A stretch of 64,000 bases of DNA. Source: Mobula hypostoma (Eukaryota). Below are positions 33,691 to 45,872 of the stretch, one piece after another; positions within the stretch are counted from its first letter, which is position 1, and every line of letters starts with the position of its first letter. The notes under the pieces were generated by a model. It saw nothing but the letters and a program-made list of their open reading frames with translations, searched no databases and was not told the DNA's origin. A program made the translations under genes and the position numbers. The DNA lies in the NCBI RefSeq assembly GCF_963921235.1, contig NC_086108.1, positions 8,804,001 through 8,868,000 on the forward strand, given 5' to 3'.

Positions 33691-34985
33691 GACAATAGGT
33701 GCAGGAGCAGGCCATTCGGCCCTTCGAGCCAGCACCGCCATTCACTGTGATCATGGCTGATCATCCACAATCAGTGCCCCGTTCCTGCCTTCTCCCCATA
33801 TCCCTTGACTCCGCTATCTTTAAGAGCTCAATCGAACTCTTTCTTGAAAGCATCCAGAGAATTGGCCTCCACTGCCTTCTGAGGCAGAGCATTCCACAGA
33901 TCCACAACCCTCTGAGTGAAAAAGTTCTTCCTCAACTCCGTTCTAAATGGAGTTGAGGAAGAACTCCACTTATTCTTAAACTGTGGCCTCTGGTTCTGGA
34001 CTCCCCCAAAATCGGGAACGTGTTTCCTGCCTCTAGCGTGTCCATTTCCTTAATAATCTTATGTTTCAATCGGATCCCCTCTCATCTTTCTAAATTCCAG
34101 TGTATACCAGCCCAGTCACTCCAATCTTTCAACGTATGACAGTCCCGCCATCCCGGGAATTAACCTCGTGAACCTATGCTGCACTCCCTCAATAGCAAGA
34201 ATGTCCTTCCTCAAATTTGGAGACCAAAACTGCACACAATACTCCAAGTGTGGTCTCACCAGGACCCTGTACAACTGCAGCAGGACCTCTTTGCTCCTAT
34301 ACTCAACTCCCCCTGTTATGAAGGCCAACGTGCCATTAGCTTTCTTCACTGCCTGCTGTACCTGCATGCTTACATTCAGTGACTGATGAACAAGGACATC
34401 TAGATCTCTTTGTACTTCCTCGTTTCCTAACTTGACATCATTCAGATAGTAATCTGCCTTCCTGTTCTTGCCACCAAAGTGGATAACCTCACAGTTATCC
34501 ACATTAAACTGCATCTGCCAAGCATCTGCCCACTCACCCAGCCTGTCCAAGTCACCCTGCGTTCTCATAACATCCTCCTCACATTTCACACTGCCACCCA
34601 GCTTTGTGTCATCTGCAAATTTGCTAATGTTACTTTTAATCCCTTCATCTAAATCATTAATGTATATTGTAAATAGCTGCGGACCCAGCACCGAGCCTTG
34701 CGGTACCCCACTAGTCACTGCCTGCCATTCTGAAAGGGACCCGTTAATCCCTACTCTTTGTTTCCTGTCTGCAAACCAATTTACGATCCATGTCAGTACC
34801 CTACCCCCAATATCATGTGCTTTAATTTTGCCCACTAATCTCCTATGTGGGACCTTGTCAAAGCTTTCTGAAAGTCCAGGTACACTACATCAAATGGCTC
34901 TCCCTTGTCCATTTTCAATTACATCTTCAAAAAATTCCAGAAGATTAGTCAAGCATGATTTCCCCTTCGTAAGTCCATGCTGACT
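33691..34985 (-). mobile_element. CR1 (second subfamily) inserted between the L1 ORFs
   Basis: RT ORF 34116-34835; TSD GAAGTTTA at 33683-33690 and 34986-34993. Confidence 0.9.
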
Positions 34986-35477
34986 GAAGTTTAAACTTCA
35001 AAGGTGGAAGTCACAGATGTTATGTGTTGTTTATATGTTAAATGTTAGTTTGTTGTACAGACAGAAGTTCATTTGTTTAGGTCATCTCGGGATTTTTAAC
35101 TATTTATATAAACCCTTTTTTACTGGTGTGGAATGCCGTATCAAGAATACAGAGTAATCACCCTTAATGTGAATGGGTTATAGAACCCAATCAAAAGAAT
35201 TTAGCTCTAGCTAAAATGAAGAGAGAAAAGCAAGATATAATTTTTTGGCAAGAAACTCACCTTTCAAAAATTGAACATGAGAAGTTACGCAAAATGGGAT
35301 TTAAAAATTGTTGTTACTCTTTTGAGAGGGGAAACGCAAGGGGAGTTGCAATATTAATCTCAAATAAAGTAAATTTCCGGTTTTCCTCGCAGATTACAGA
35401 CAAAGAAGAGCGTTATTTACTGGTGAAGGGTTTTATTGATCATAAAGAAGTTACACTAAATGTTTCATTTGTGGAAA

Positions 35478-38400
35478 CAACAGTTTCCTGTGGCAGAGAA
35501 TTCCACAGATTTTAGGACCGAGATTAGGAAAAACTTCTTCACACAGAGAGTGGTGAATCTGTGGAATTCTCTGCCACAGGAAACTGTTGAGGCCAGTTCA
35601 TTGGCTATGTTTAAGAGGGAGTTAGATATGGCCCTTGTGGCTACAGGGGTCAGGGGGTATGGAGGGAAGGCTGGGGCGGGGTTCTGAGTTGGATGATCAG
35701 CCATGATCATAATAAATGGCGGTGCAGGCTCGAAGGGCCGAATGGCCTACTCCTGCACCTATTTTCTATGTTTCTATTCACCACTCTCTGTGTGAAGAAG
35801 TTTTTCCTAATCTCGGTCCTAAAAGGCTTCCCCTCTATCCTCAAACTGTGACCCCTCGTTCTGGACTTCCCCAACATCGGGAACAATCTTCCTGCATCTA
35901 GCCTGTCCAATCCCTTTAGGATCTTATACGTTTCAATCAGATCCCCCCTCAATCTTCTAAATTCCAACGAGTACAAGCCCAGTTCATCCAGTCTTTCTTC
36001 ATATGAAAGTCCTGCCATCCCAGGAAATCAATCTGGTGAACCTTCTTTGTACTCCCTCTATGGCAAAGATGTCTTTCCTCAGATTAGGGGACCAAAACTG
36101 CACACAATACTCCAGGTGTGGTCTCACCAAGGCCTTGTACAACTGCAGTAGTACCTCCCTGCTCCTGTACTCGAATCCTCTCGCTATAAATGCCAGCATA
36201 CCATTTGCCTTTTTCACCGCCTGCTGTACCTGCATGCCCACTTTCAATGACTGGTGTATAATGACACCCAGGTCTCGTTGCACCTCCCCTTTTCCTAATC
36301 GGCCACCATTCAGATGATAATCTGTTTTCCTATTTTTGCCACCAAAGTGGATAACTTCACATTTATCCACATTAAATTGCATCTGCCATGAGTTTGCCCA
36401 CTCACCCAACCTATCCAAGTCACCCTGCATCCTCTTAGCATCCTCCTCACTGCTAACACTGCCACCCAGCTTCGTGTCATCCGCAAACTTGGAGATGCTG
36501 CATTTAATTCCCTCATCCAAGTCATTAATATATATTGTAAACAACTGGGGTCCCAGCACTGAGCCTTGCTGTACCCCACTAGTCACCGCCTGCCATTCTG
36601 AAAAGGTCCCGTTTATTCCCACTCTTTGCTTCCTGTCTGCTAACCAATTCTCCACCCACACCAATACCTTACCCCCAATACCGTGTGCTTTAAGTTTGCA
36701 CACTAATCTCCTGTGTGGGACCTTGTCAAAAGCCTTTTGAAAATCCAAATATACCACATCCACTGGTTCTCCCCTATCCACTCTACTAGTTACATCCTCA
36801 AAAAATTCTATGAGATTCGTCAGACATGATTTTCCTTTCACAAATCCATGCTGACTTTGTCCGATCATTTCACCGTTTTCCAAATGTGCTGTTATCACAT
36901 CTTTGACAACTGACTCCAGCAGTTTCCCCACCACCGACGTTAGGCTAACCGGTCTATAATTCCCCAGTTTCTCTCTCCTTCCTTTTTTAAAAAGTGGGGT
37001 TACATTAGCCACCCTCCAATCCTCAGGAACTAGTCCAGAATCTAACGAGTTTTGAAAAATTATCACTAATGCATCCACTATTTCTTGGGCTACTTCCTTA
37101 AGCACTCTAGGATGCAGACCATCTGGCCCTGGGGATTTATCTGCCTTCAATCCCTTCAATTTACCTAACACCACTTCCCTACTAACATATATTTCACTCA
37201 GTTCCTCCATCTCACTGGACCCTCTGTTCCTTACTATTTCTGGAAGATTATTTATGTCCTCCTTAGTGAAGACAGAACCAAAGTAATTATTCAATTGGTC
37301 TGCCATGTCCTTGCTCCCCATAATCAATTCACCTGTCTCTGTCTGCAGGGGACCTACATTTGTCTTTACCAGTCTTTTCCTTTTTACATATCTATAAAAG
37401 CTTTTACAGTCCGTTTTTATGTTCCCTGCCAGTTTTCTCTCATAATCTTTTTTCCCCTTCCTAATTAAGCCCTTTGTCCTCCTCTGCTGAACTCTGAATT
37501 TCTCCCAGTCCTCAGGTGAGCCACTTTCTCTGGCTAATTTGTATGCTACTTCTTTGGAATTGATACTATCCCTAATTTCTCTTGTCAGCCACGGGTGCAC
37601 TACCTTCCTTGATTTATTCTTTTGCCAGACTGGGATGAACAATTGTTGTAGTTCATCCATGCAACCTTTAAATGCTTGCCATTGCATATCCACGGTCAAT
37701 CCTTTGTGTCATTTGCCAGTCTATCTTAGCTAATTCACGTCTCATACCTTCAAAGTTACCCCTCTTTAAGTTCAGAACCTTTGTTTCTGAATTAACTATG
37801 TCACTCTCCATATTAATGAAGAATTCCACCATATTATGGTCACTCTTACCCAAGGGGCCTCTCACGACAAGATCGCTAATTAACCCTTCCTCATTGCTCA
37901 AAACCCAGTCCAGAATAGCCTGCTCTCTGGTTGGTTCCTCGACATGTTGGTTCAAAAAACCATCCCGCATACATTCCAAGAAATCCTCTTCCTCAGCACC
38001 TTTACCAATTTGGTTCACCCAGTCTACATGTAGATTGAAGTCACCCATTATAACTGCTGTTCCTTTATTGCACACATTTCTAATTTCCTGTTTAATACCA
38101 TCTCCGACCTCACTACTACTGTTAGGTGGCCTGTACACAACTCCCACCAGCGTCTTCTGCCCCTTAGTGTTACGCAGCTCTACCCATATCGATTCCACAT
38201 CTTCCCGGCTTATGTCCTTCCTTTCTATTGCATTAATCTCTTCTTTAACCAGCAACGCCACCCCACCTCCCCTTCCTTCATGTCTATCCCTCCTGACTAT
38301 TGAATATCCCTGAACGTTGAGCTCCCATCGCTGGTCACCCTGGAGCCATGTCTCTGTGATCCCAACTATATCATAATCATTAATAACAATCTGCACTTTC

Positions 38401-40107
38401 AATTCATCCATCTTATTACGAATGCTCCTTGCATTGACACATAAAGCCTTCAGGCGCTCTTTTACAACTCTCTTAGCCCTTATACAATTATGTTGAAAAG
38501 TGGCCCTTTTTAATGCTTGCCCTGGATTTGTCGGCCTGCCACTTTTACTTTTCTCCTTTGTACTTTTTGCTTCTACCCTCACTTTACACCCCTCTGTCTC
38601 TCTGCACTGGTTCCCATCCCTCTGTTGTGAACTAACCTCCTCACGCCTAGCCTCTTTAATTTGATTCCCACCCCCCAACCATTCTAGTTTAAAGTCACCT
38701 CAGTAGCCCTCGCTAATCTCCCTGCCAGGATATTGGTCCCCCTAGGATTCAAGTGTAACCCGTCCTTTTTGTACAGGTCACGCCTGCGCCAAAAGAGGTC
38801 CCAATGATCCAAAAACTTGAATCCCTGCCCCCGCTCCAATCCCTCAGCCACGCATTTATCCTCCACCTCATCGCATTCCTACTCTCACTGTCGCGTGGCA
38901 CAGGCAGTAATCCCGAGATTACTACCTTTGCGGTCCTTTTTCTCAACTCCCTTCCTAGCTCCCTATATTCTCCTTTCAGGACCTCATCCCTTTTCCTACC
39001 TATGTCATTGGTACCTATATGTACCACGACCTCTGGCTCCTCACCCTCCCACTTCAGGATATCTTGGACATGATCAGAAATATCCCGGACCCTGGCACCA
39101 GGGAGGCAAACTACCATCCGGGTCTCTGGACTGCGTCCACAGAATCGCCTATCTGACCCCCTTACTATCGAGTCCCCTATCACAACTGCCCTCCTCTTCC
39201 TTGCCCTACCCTTCTGAGCTACAGGGCCGGACTCTGTGCCGGAGGCACGGCCACTGTCGCTTCCCCCGGGTAAGCTGTCCCCCCCAACAGTACTCAAACA
39301 GGAGTACCTGTTGTTAAGGGGCACAGCCACCGGGGTACTCCCTATTACCTGACTCTTCCCCTTCCCCCTTCTAACCGTGACCCACTTGTCTGCCTCCCGT
39401 GGCCCCGGTGTGACCACCTGCCTTCCACTCCTCTCTATCACCTCCTCGCTCTCCCTGACTAGACGAAGGTCATCGAGCTGCAGCTCCAGTTCCGTAACGC
39501 GGTCCCTTAGGAGCTGCATCTCGATGCATTTGGCGCAGATGTAGACGTCCGGGAGGCTTGGAGACTCCAGGGCCTCCCACATCCGACACCGAGAACAGCA
39601 AACTGCCCTCACAGTCATAATGCCCCTCTCCTCAAATAGCAACAGAAAATGAATGTCAAACCTTCCTCGCCTCGCCCGCTTCCGCCTAAGCCCGTTGAGC
39701 CGAAGCCCTTAAGTCTTCACTCTGCTCCCGGCTCACTCCGCAGCCCGCAAACTACGCTGCCCGCTCTATGAGGCTTTGTTCCTTTTAAATCTGCCGCGCT
39801 GCACTGCCCGACGTCACATGCCTGCGCAGTCCCGCCTCTCAGAAAGCCGTTGGAGAAAAAAAAATAACGAAAATTTCAAAAATGTCTTTCTCGGCACTCC
39901 CACTCAGACTCTCAGACTCCTTCTTCGAATCAAACCCGAAGCAGGATGTCTGCCCTTTTAAATCTGCCGCGCTGCACTGCCCGACGTCACACGCCTGCGC
40001 AGTCCCGCCTCTCAGAAAGCCGTTGGAGAAAAAAAAAATAACGAAAATTTCAAAAATCTCTTTCTCGGCACTCCCACTCAGACTCTCAGACTCCTTCTTC
40101 GAATCAA
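35478..40107 (-). mobile_element. near-full-length young CR1 LINE (frameshifted), lacking its own 3' tail
   Basis: ORF1 38684-39642 and ORF2 pieces 37668-38678, 35999-37699 and 35707-36018. Nearly identical to 20151-24515. Confidence 0.95.
35511..35776 (+). mobile_element. short CR1 3' end in antisense inside the minus-strand CR1
   Basis: Runs from tttaggaccgag to the ctatgtttct tail; the host sequence cacagat|tcaccact is split around it. Confidence 0.85.
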
Positions 40108-43100
40108 TATATGGAGAGAGTTACACCCACTTGCTGGACATTTCAGCTTATTTTTTCCTCACCCCCACTCCGTGTACTCGAGAATAGATTATTTTTTATG
40201 TTTAATTCAGAGAGACACAGGATTATAAAATGCGATATAGGGGTAAGAGACATCTCTGACCACGCAGGGGTTAACTTAACATTACATTTAGACAACAAGC
40301 CCAAAGATACCTTGTGGGACTTAATACCAGTCTTTTGAATGAAGCCCTATATTCAAAATACCTAAAGAAAGAGTTTGAAGATTATACGATATATAATGAT
40401 GAGGAACAGTGTCCCCCAGAACTCTGTGGGATGCTGCAAAAGCTGTTATTAGGGGTAAACTCATAAAGTAGCCAGCTCTGAAGAAAAAGGAAAAAGAGAA
40501 ACAAATCAAGGATCTTACTGAAAAATTACAATTTTTGGAGAGTAAGCATATGGAGTATAATGACAGTAATGTCTTGAATCAAATTTTGGATACAAAACAA
40601 ACTGTAAATAATATTTATGAAAGTGAAGTTGAGAAGAGAACTAAGTTTGTTAAACAAACTTTCTATGAGAATAGTCCCAAATCTAAGAAATTACTTGCAT
40701 GGAGAATATGTAAACATCAGGCTGAGAGATCCATACACAGGGTGAAAGACCCCCAGGCTAATAAGATGCTTCACAAATTGGAAGACATGCAAAAATCTTT
40801 CAAAACCTACTACATAATGTTATACGCTCAACCCAAAGCTGCAGAGTTAGCAGACATATCTAACTTCTTAACGTCCTTAGATTTACCATCTGTAGGAACG
40901 GAGCAAAATAAAGTAATAACTCAGGAGATAACAGAAGAAGAAATAGGTAAGGCTATATCAGCATTAAAAACAAATAAAATCTCAGGCGTTGATGGCTATC
41001 CAGCGGAATGGTACAAAACTTTCAGAGAGATAATAATACCAATACTTAAGAAATGTTTTAATTATGTTCTCGGAGGAGGGGAGACTCCATTGTCCTGGAA
41101 TCAAGCAATAATTTTAGTAGTTCCTAAAAATGGTAAGGATCGGACTAAATGCAGTTTCTATAGGCCCATATCTGTTCTAAACATAGATTGTAGATTATTT
41201 GCATCAATATTAGTAAAAAGATTGGAAAATATAATTCTAGATCTAATTGACACAGGTCAAACAGGTTTTGTAAAAAATAGGCAAATCCAGGACAATGTGA
41301 GACGGGCCCTTCATCTCATTGACCACAGGAGCAATAATAACCTGGAATCTGTAGTTATTAGCCTTGATGCTGAAAAGGCCTTTGACTCGGTACTTGGTGC
41401 TTAAGCAGTTTGGCTTCAATAATCAGGTAGTTGGATGTCTGAAATCTTTATATTCTTCCCCTACAGCCAGAATTAAAATAAATGGGAATTTATCTAAAAC
41501 AATATTTCTTGAAAGGGGATGCCGACAAGGGTGCCCCTTAAGCCCCACGCTTTTCGCTCTTTTCATTGAGCCATTGGCCCAGGCAATTGGAGAAGACACG
41601 ATCATAACAGGTGTACTGATCAGAGATACAGAATATAAGATTTGTCTGTATGCGGATGACATTCTCGTGACTCTTACCAGTCCCAATGCAGGTTTGCCTA
41701 AATTATTATCCCTGCTGAAAGAATTTGGTTCCTACTCTGGCGATAAATTAAATTTACATAAAACCCAAACTTTGAATTTTAATTACGAACCACAAGAAAA
41801 CATTTACAGAATGAGTAAATTCCAATGGAAAGGTAATATTATTAAATACCTAGGAGTACAAATACCTAAAGACTTGTCTACTATCTACGAACATAATTAT
41901 ATTCCCATGACAGCTGATATTAGGCAGACTTAAACAGATGTTCACTGCTGCCAGTGAATATGTATAATCGAATAGAAGCCGTAAAGATGAATGTATTACC
42001 TAGATTGCTCTTTCTTTTTCAATCATTGCCTGTTGAAGTACCTTTTAAGCAATTTAATGAATGGAAAAGAATGATTTCAACATTTATTTGGGGAAAACAG
42101 AAACCAAGAATTAGATTTCAGACATTACAGCTGCGTAAGGATAAAGGTGGATTTGCTGCGCCTTGCTTTGAAGACTATTACAGAGCAGCACAGCTGCACA
42201 GTCTGGTCTGTTGGGGTGACCCTAATTGTGAGGCAAAGTGGAAGGATTTAGAGCAAAGTCTAATAAATATCCCTCTCCAATCTTCACTGGTGGATAAAAT
42301 ACTCCAAAGAAGCATTTAAATAAACTGACTCAGTGGACAATGGTCCCACTAAACATCTGGTATAAAGAATTGAAAGACCCAAAATTTGAAAGAAATGTAA
42401 AAATACTACGTTGGGTGGCACATGACACAGAATTCCTCCCAGCACAATTGGGTGGTAGGTTTACACATTGGACAAGTAAGGGAATCACCTCATACTGTAC
42501 AATATCTTCCATTAAGGGCTTGGCGTCCTTTCAACAACTCACAGAAACATATCACTTAGAGAAACAAAACTTCTTTAGATATCTTCAAAATATTTAAACT
42601 ATTGGAGAGAAAGGTTAAGTCTGATTAATATATTCATTGATGTGCCTAAAGGAATTTTAAAAAGAAACATAACCAGGATTTACTCGATTTTACAATCTAA
42701 CAGGGGTCTCTCCACAATGTATGTTAAATCAAAATGGGAGAGAGAAGCCAACATATAATTGACAGAAGATGATTGGTTAAACATACGCAGAACACATTCG
42801 ACTACTTCAAGCTCAGGTCTGTGGAGGGAATTCACCTGGAAGAATACCTTAAGATTTTTCATAACGCCAAAAATATAGAAGTTACAAAGTATCAGACCTG
42901 AACAAGGTCAATTTTGGAGAATGTGTGATAATGTGTTGGCTGATCATTTTCATATTTTCTGGGAGTGTCCAAAGATTCTGTCTTATTGGTTAGATGTGGT
43001 AACAGAGATAAGATCGATAATCAGCCCAGCAATTAATTTTGACTTTATCGTTATTTGGGTAATGTACCAAATAAGCTCAAAATTCATGAAAGATATTTGT

Positions 43101-43742
43101 TACAAATACTACCAGCAGCCAGTAAGAAAGTGATTATCAGGAAACGGCCAAGCAAAGAGTCTCCTATCGTCCTGGAAAGGATAGAAATAGTTCAAGAAAT
43201 ATATGTTATGGAACAATTGACACTAAAAAAATTGAAAAATACTGAGAAAATTGGACATTTTATTTGAACCTGAAATGACTTCTTCACTGTACATTTATTT
43301 GGATTGAAGAACTTTGTTTTATTTCTTCCTATGAGGGAACCTGCAGAATGGACTTTAAGGTCATGGATCTTAAGGTCCCCTGAGACTTTGAAGGACAATT
43401 ATGGACATAAGAGTGTGGTTAACCCAATGTAACCCTTTTCTATTATAAGATACGGATTTTACTTCACCTATTATGACCCTGTCTGTCTGTGTGTATTTAT
43501 CCTGTTTGTTCTGTTATTGGCAAAACAATGAAAATAAAGTTTAAAAGAAACTGATGTTCTGGCATCCATGGAGCCAGGAAATGATTTTAACATCTCACCC
43601 AATGTGTCTACCTGTTCATTGTTCTTTCAGTGCTGCACGGAGGTTTAAAACCAGAACGTTCTGACTTAGAGGCAGCTACTTGGTTAAAGTGCTATTAGGG
43701 TGAGGGTTCAGCTCTGTCTAACCTTGTGCTCTCTTTCCACAG

Positions 43743-44051
43743 AACTGACCATGCACCTACTCCAGACAGAGGCTTCTGAGCCCCCCCGAGCTGGCTGCTG
43801 CTGACTGTGGGGTCAGTACTCTATTACAGAACAGCCCAGGGAGCAGAGTTATGAAATCACCTTGGACCATGTCTCCCGAGGCCCTCGCTCCAACCACACA
43901 GAATCCCCTCTCTGGCAGACATCCCCACAGACTTCTTCCTGTGCCTCAACAGAGGCCGAGGCTTGGGTCAGCTCCTACACCTAGCTCAGAGCCGAAGTTT
44001 CTCTCGGTACCACAACCCAGTCTTTGGATGGATATAACACGAAAACTGTGA
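43743..44051 (+). CDS. HIF3A: HIF3A-like C-terminal exon with degenerate C-TAD (apparent 1-bp frameshift at C7 run 43781-43787)
   Basis: Acceptor ctctttccacag|. The spliced frame reads KLTMHLLQTEASEPPRAGCC* (stop 43802-43804). The shifted frame reads PPELAAADCGVSTLLQ, similar to [16 protein letters not shown], and stays open to 44051. Confidence 0.6.
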
Positions 44052-45539
44052 CCCATAGATGGGTGAATGCACAAGGGTTGTATACCTTCACTGAAGGCAG
44101 TACCCACCGTTCAATTTCAAATTCATTATCATCTGACTGTACATGTATACAACCAAACAAAACAACTTTTCTTTCCCTTGCCAGTTCGCTCTACAGCACT
44201 GTTCCTATATGTTTTCATTCATCCAGGATTTACCGCACAGCTACCTCAGTCTAAGGACAAATCTGAAATAAAACCATAATCTACAGACAATACACAGCAG
44301 GTCAGGCAGCATCAGTAGAGAGAGAAATATTTAACACTCGAAGCCAATGACTTTTGCTGGTAGCTCGTTTAAGACCATTTGGCCCATTGAGCCTGCTACC
44401 CCATTCCATCATGGCTGACTTATCTTCCCCCATCAAGCCCGTTCTCCTGCCTCCACGGCCGACTGTGGAAATGAATTCCACAGATTCACAAAGAAATTCC
44501 TCCTTGTAAAGACACAGAGTCTATGGAAGTGAGGCAAAGCAGCATCAACTTCATGGACCCTGTACAGATTACGCAGGAGGAGGTGCTTGCTATCCTGAGG
44601 CAAATTAGGGTGAATAAATCTCCTGACAAGGTGTTCCCTTAGACCCTATGGGAGGCAAGTGCAGAAATTGCCGGGGCCTTAGCAGAGACATTTAAATCAT
44701 TCTTAGCAACAGAAAAGGTCACAGCGGACTGGTGGATAGCTAATGTTGTTCCGCTGTGCGGGAAAGGATCTAAACCAGGGGATTATAGCCCTGAGGTTGG
44801 GTGGGACTACAACCAGAGGTCGTGGGTAAAAGGTGAAAAGCTTAAAGGGAACTGAAGGGGAAACTTCTTCACTCAGTGAGAGTGTGGAATGAGCTGCAAG
44901 TGGAAATGGTGCATGTGAGTTCTATTTCAACATTTAAGAGAAGTCTGAATTGGTACGTGGATGGCAGGGGTTTGGAGGGCTACGGTCCCAGTGCAGGTCG
45001 ATGGGAGTAGGCAGATCAAATACTTTGGCTCAAACTAGATGGTCTGTACTTTCTGCGATTATCTCTCTTCTAAAGGGAGGTCCTTGTATTCAGAGGTTGT
45101 GTCCTCTGGTCCTAGAATCCTCCACTATTGGACACATCCACTCTATCTATGGCCCTTGAATAGTCACTTATCGCTTTCAGTGTAGAGCTTAAACCTGTCT
45201 ATAACAGCAATAGCTTGCATTTTATCATTAATATTGTAAATATCCCCAAACAAGCTTAAACACAGACAGCAGGGGTAATAAATACATAAAAGCTGATAAT
45301 CTAAACTGTGCTGCAGATACTGAGCTGATTTGGCAGTGTCAATGGAGATAGAAGCAGGGGTTAATGTTCTCTGTCACTGACACAGACCTGGGAAAGCAAG
45401 TTCAAGAGTGAGAAGGGTTGAGGGAGAATGAGGTAGATATCCGATATGCCAATGTTTAAAAATTTTGAAAGGCAGCGAAGTCTCAAGGGGAAATTTCCAA
45501 GTCACTAACAGGAAAGAGTGCAGAGAACATTTGCAAGGA

Positions 45540-45872
45540 CTTGATTTACTGCCCATTATACCACTGGTATTTAAGGCAGCAGTGAAGATCTACCATCTCT
45601 GGTGGTGTTCAGGGCTTCCTTCATCATGTCAGTAGCTTCCTCTCGGTTTTCACTACTGTCAATGGTGTAAGTCCCAAGTGGAGACCCAGGAATTCCGTCG
45701 CACTCCCAGTGGACCACTCTTAGTCTGGCTTCTATTCTTTGACCTGTTTGGCATGGGTGACCCTACCAAGAGCCAAAGCACGAAGCCCTGACTCCAGCCA
45801 ACAAAGCTCTCTGGGCCATTGAGGCACACAAACCTTCCATCCCAACAACAAGGTTGTGATCCTCTTGGAGGA
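45540..45872 (-). mobile_element. RTE-related non-autonomous repeat (opposite-strand copy at ~57510-57875)
   Basis: Shares ggctggagtcagggct..ggtagggtcacccat and an accttcattg(c/t)tgccctaaatgccag end with 57510-57875. Confidence 0.5.

Larger units (their letters stand above)
32262..43550 (+). mobile_element. decayed L1/Tx1-clade LINE with nested CR1 insertions
   Basis: ORF1 remnant with a coiled coil, LTDLEARSRRNN and FQTLYPAKLRV (32340-33370). Endonuclease ITLNVNGL..WQETH (35130-35465) and YSRIDYF..ISDH (40110-40270). RT SLDAEKAFD, GCRQGCPLSP, LYADD, KYLGV. C-terminal HFHIFWECP and an A-rich end with AATAAA at ~43533. Confidence 0.9.

Noticed and set aside
43631..43699. Possible mini-exon (ttctttcag| ... 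|gtgagg) before the C-TAD-like exon
   Set aside because: In-frame TAG from phase 1, and the following intron would be only 43 nt.
1..44051. Assignment as HIF1A or EPAS1
   Set aside because: No N-ODD proline, LAPYISM rather than LAPYIPM, presence of the FCSPxLxxLL segment, and no intact CEVNAP. HIF3A fits better, though phylogeny is needed to exclude another paralogue.
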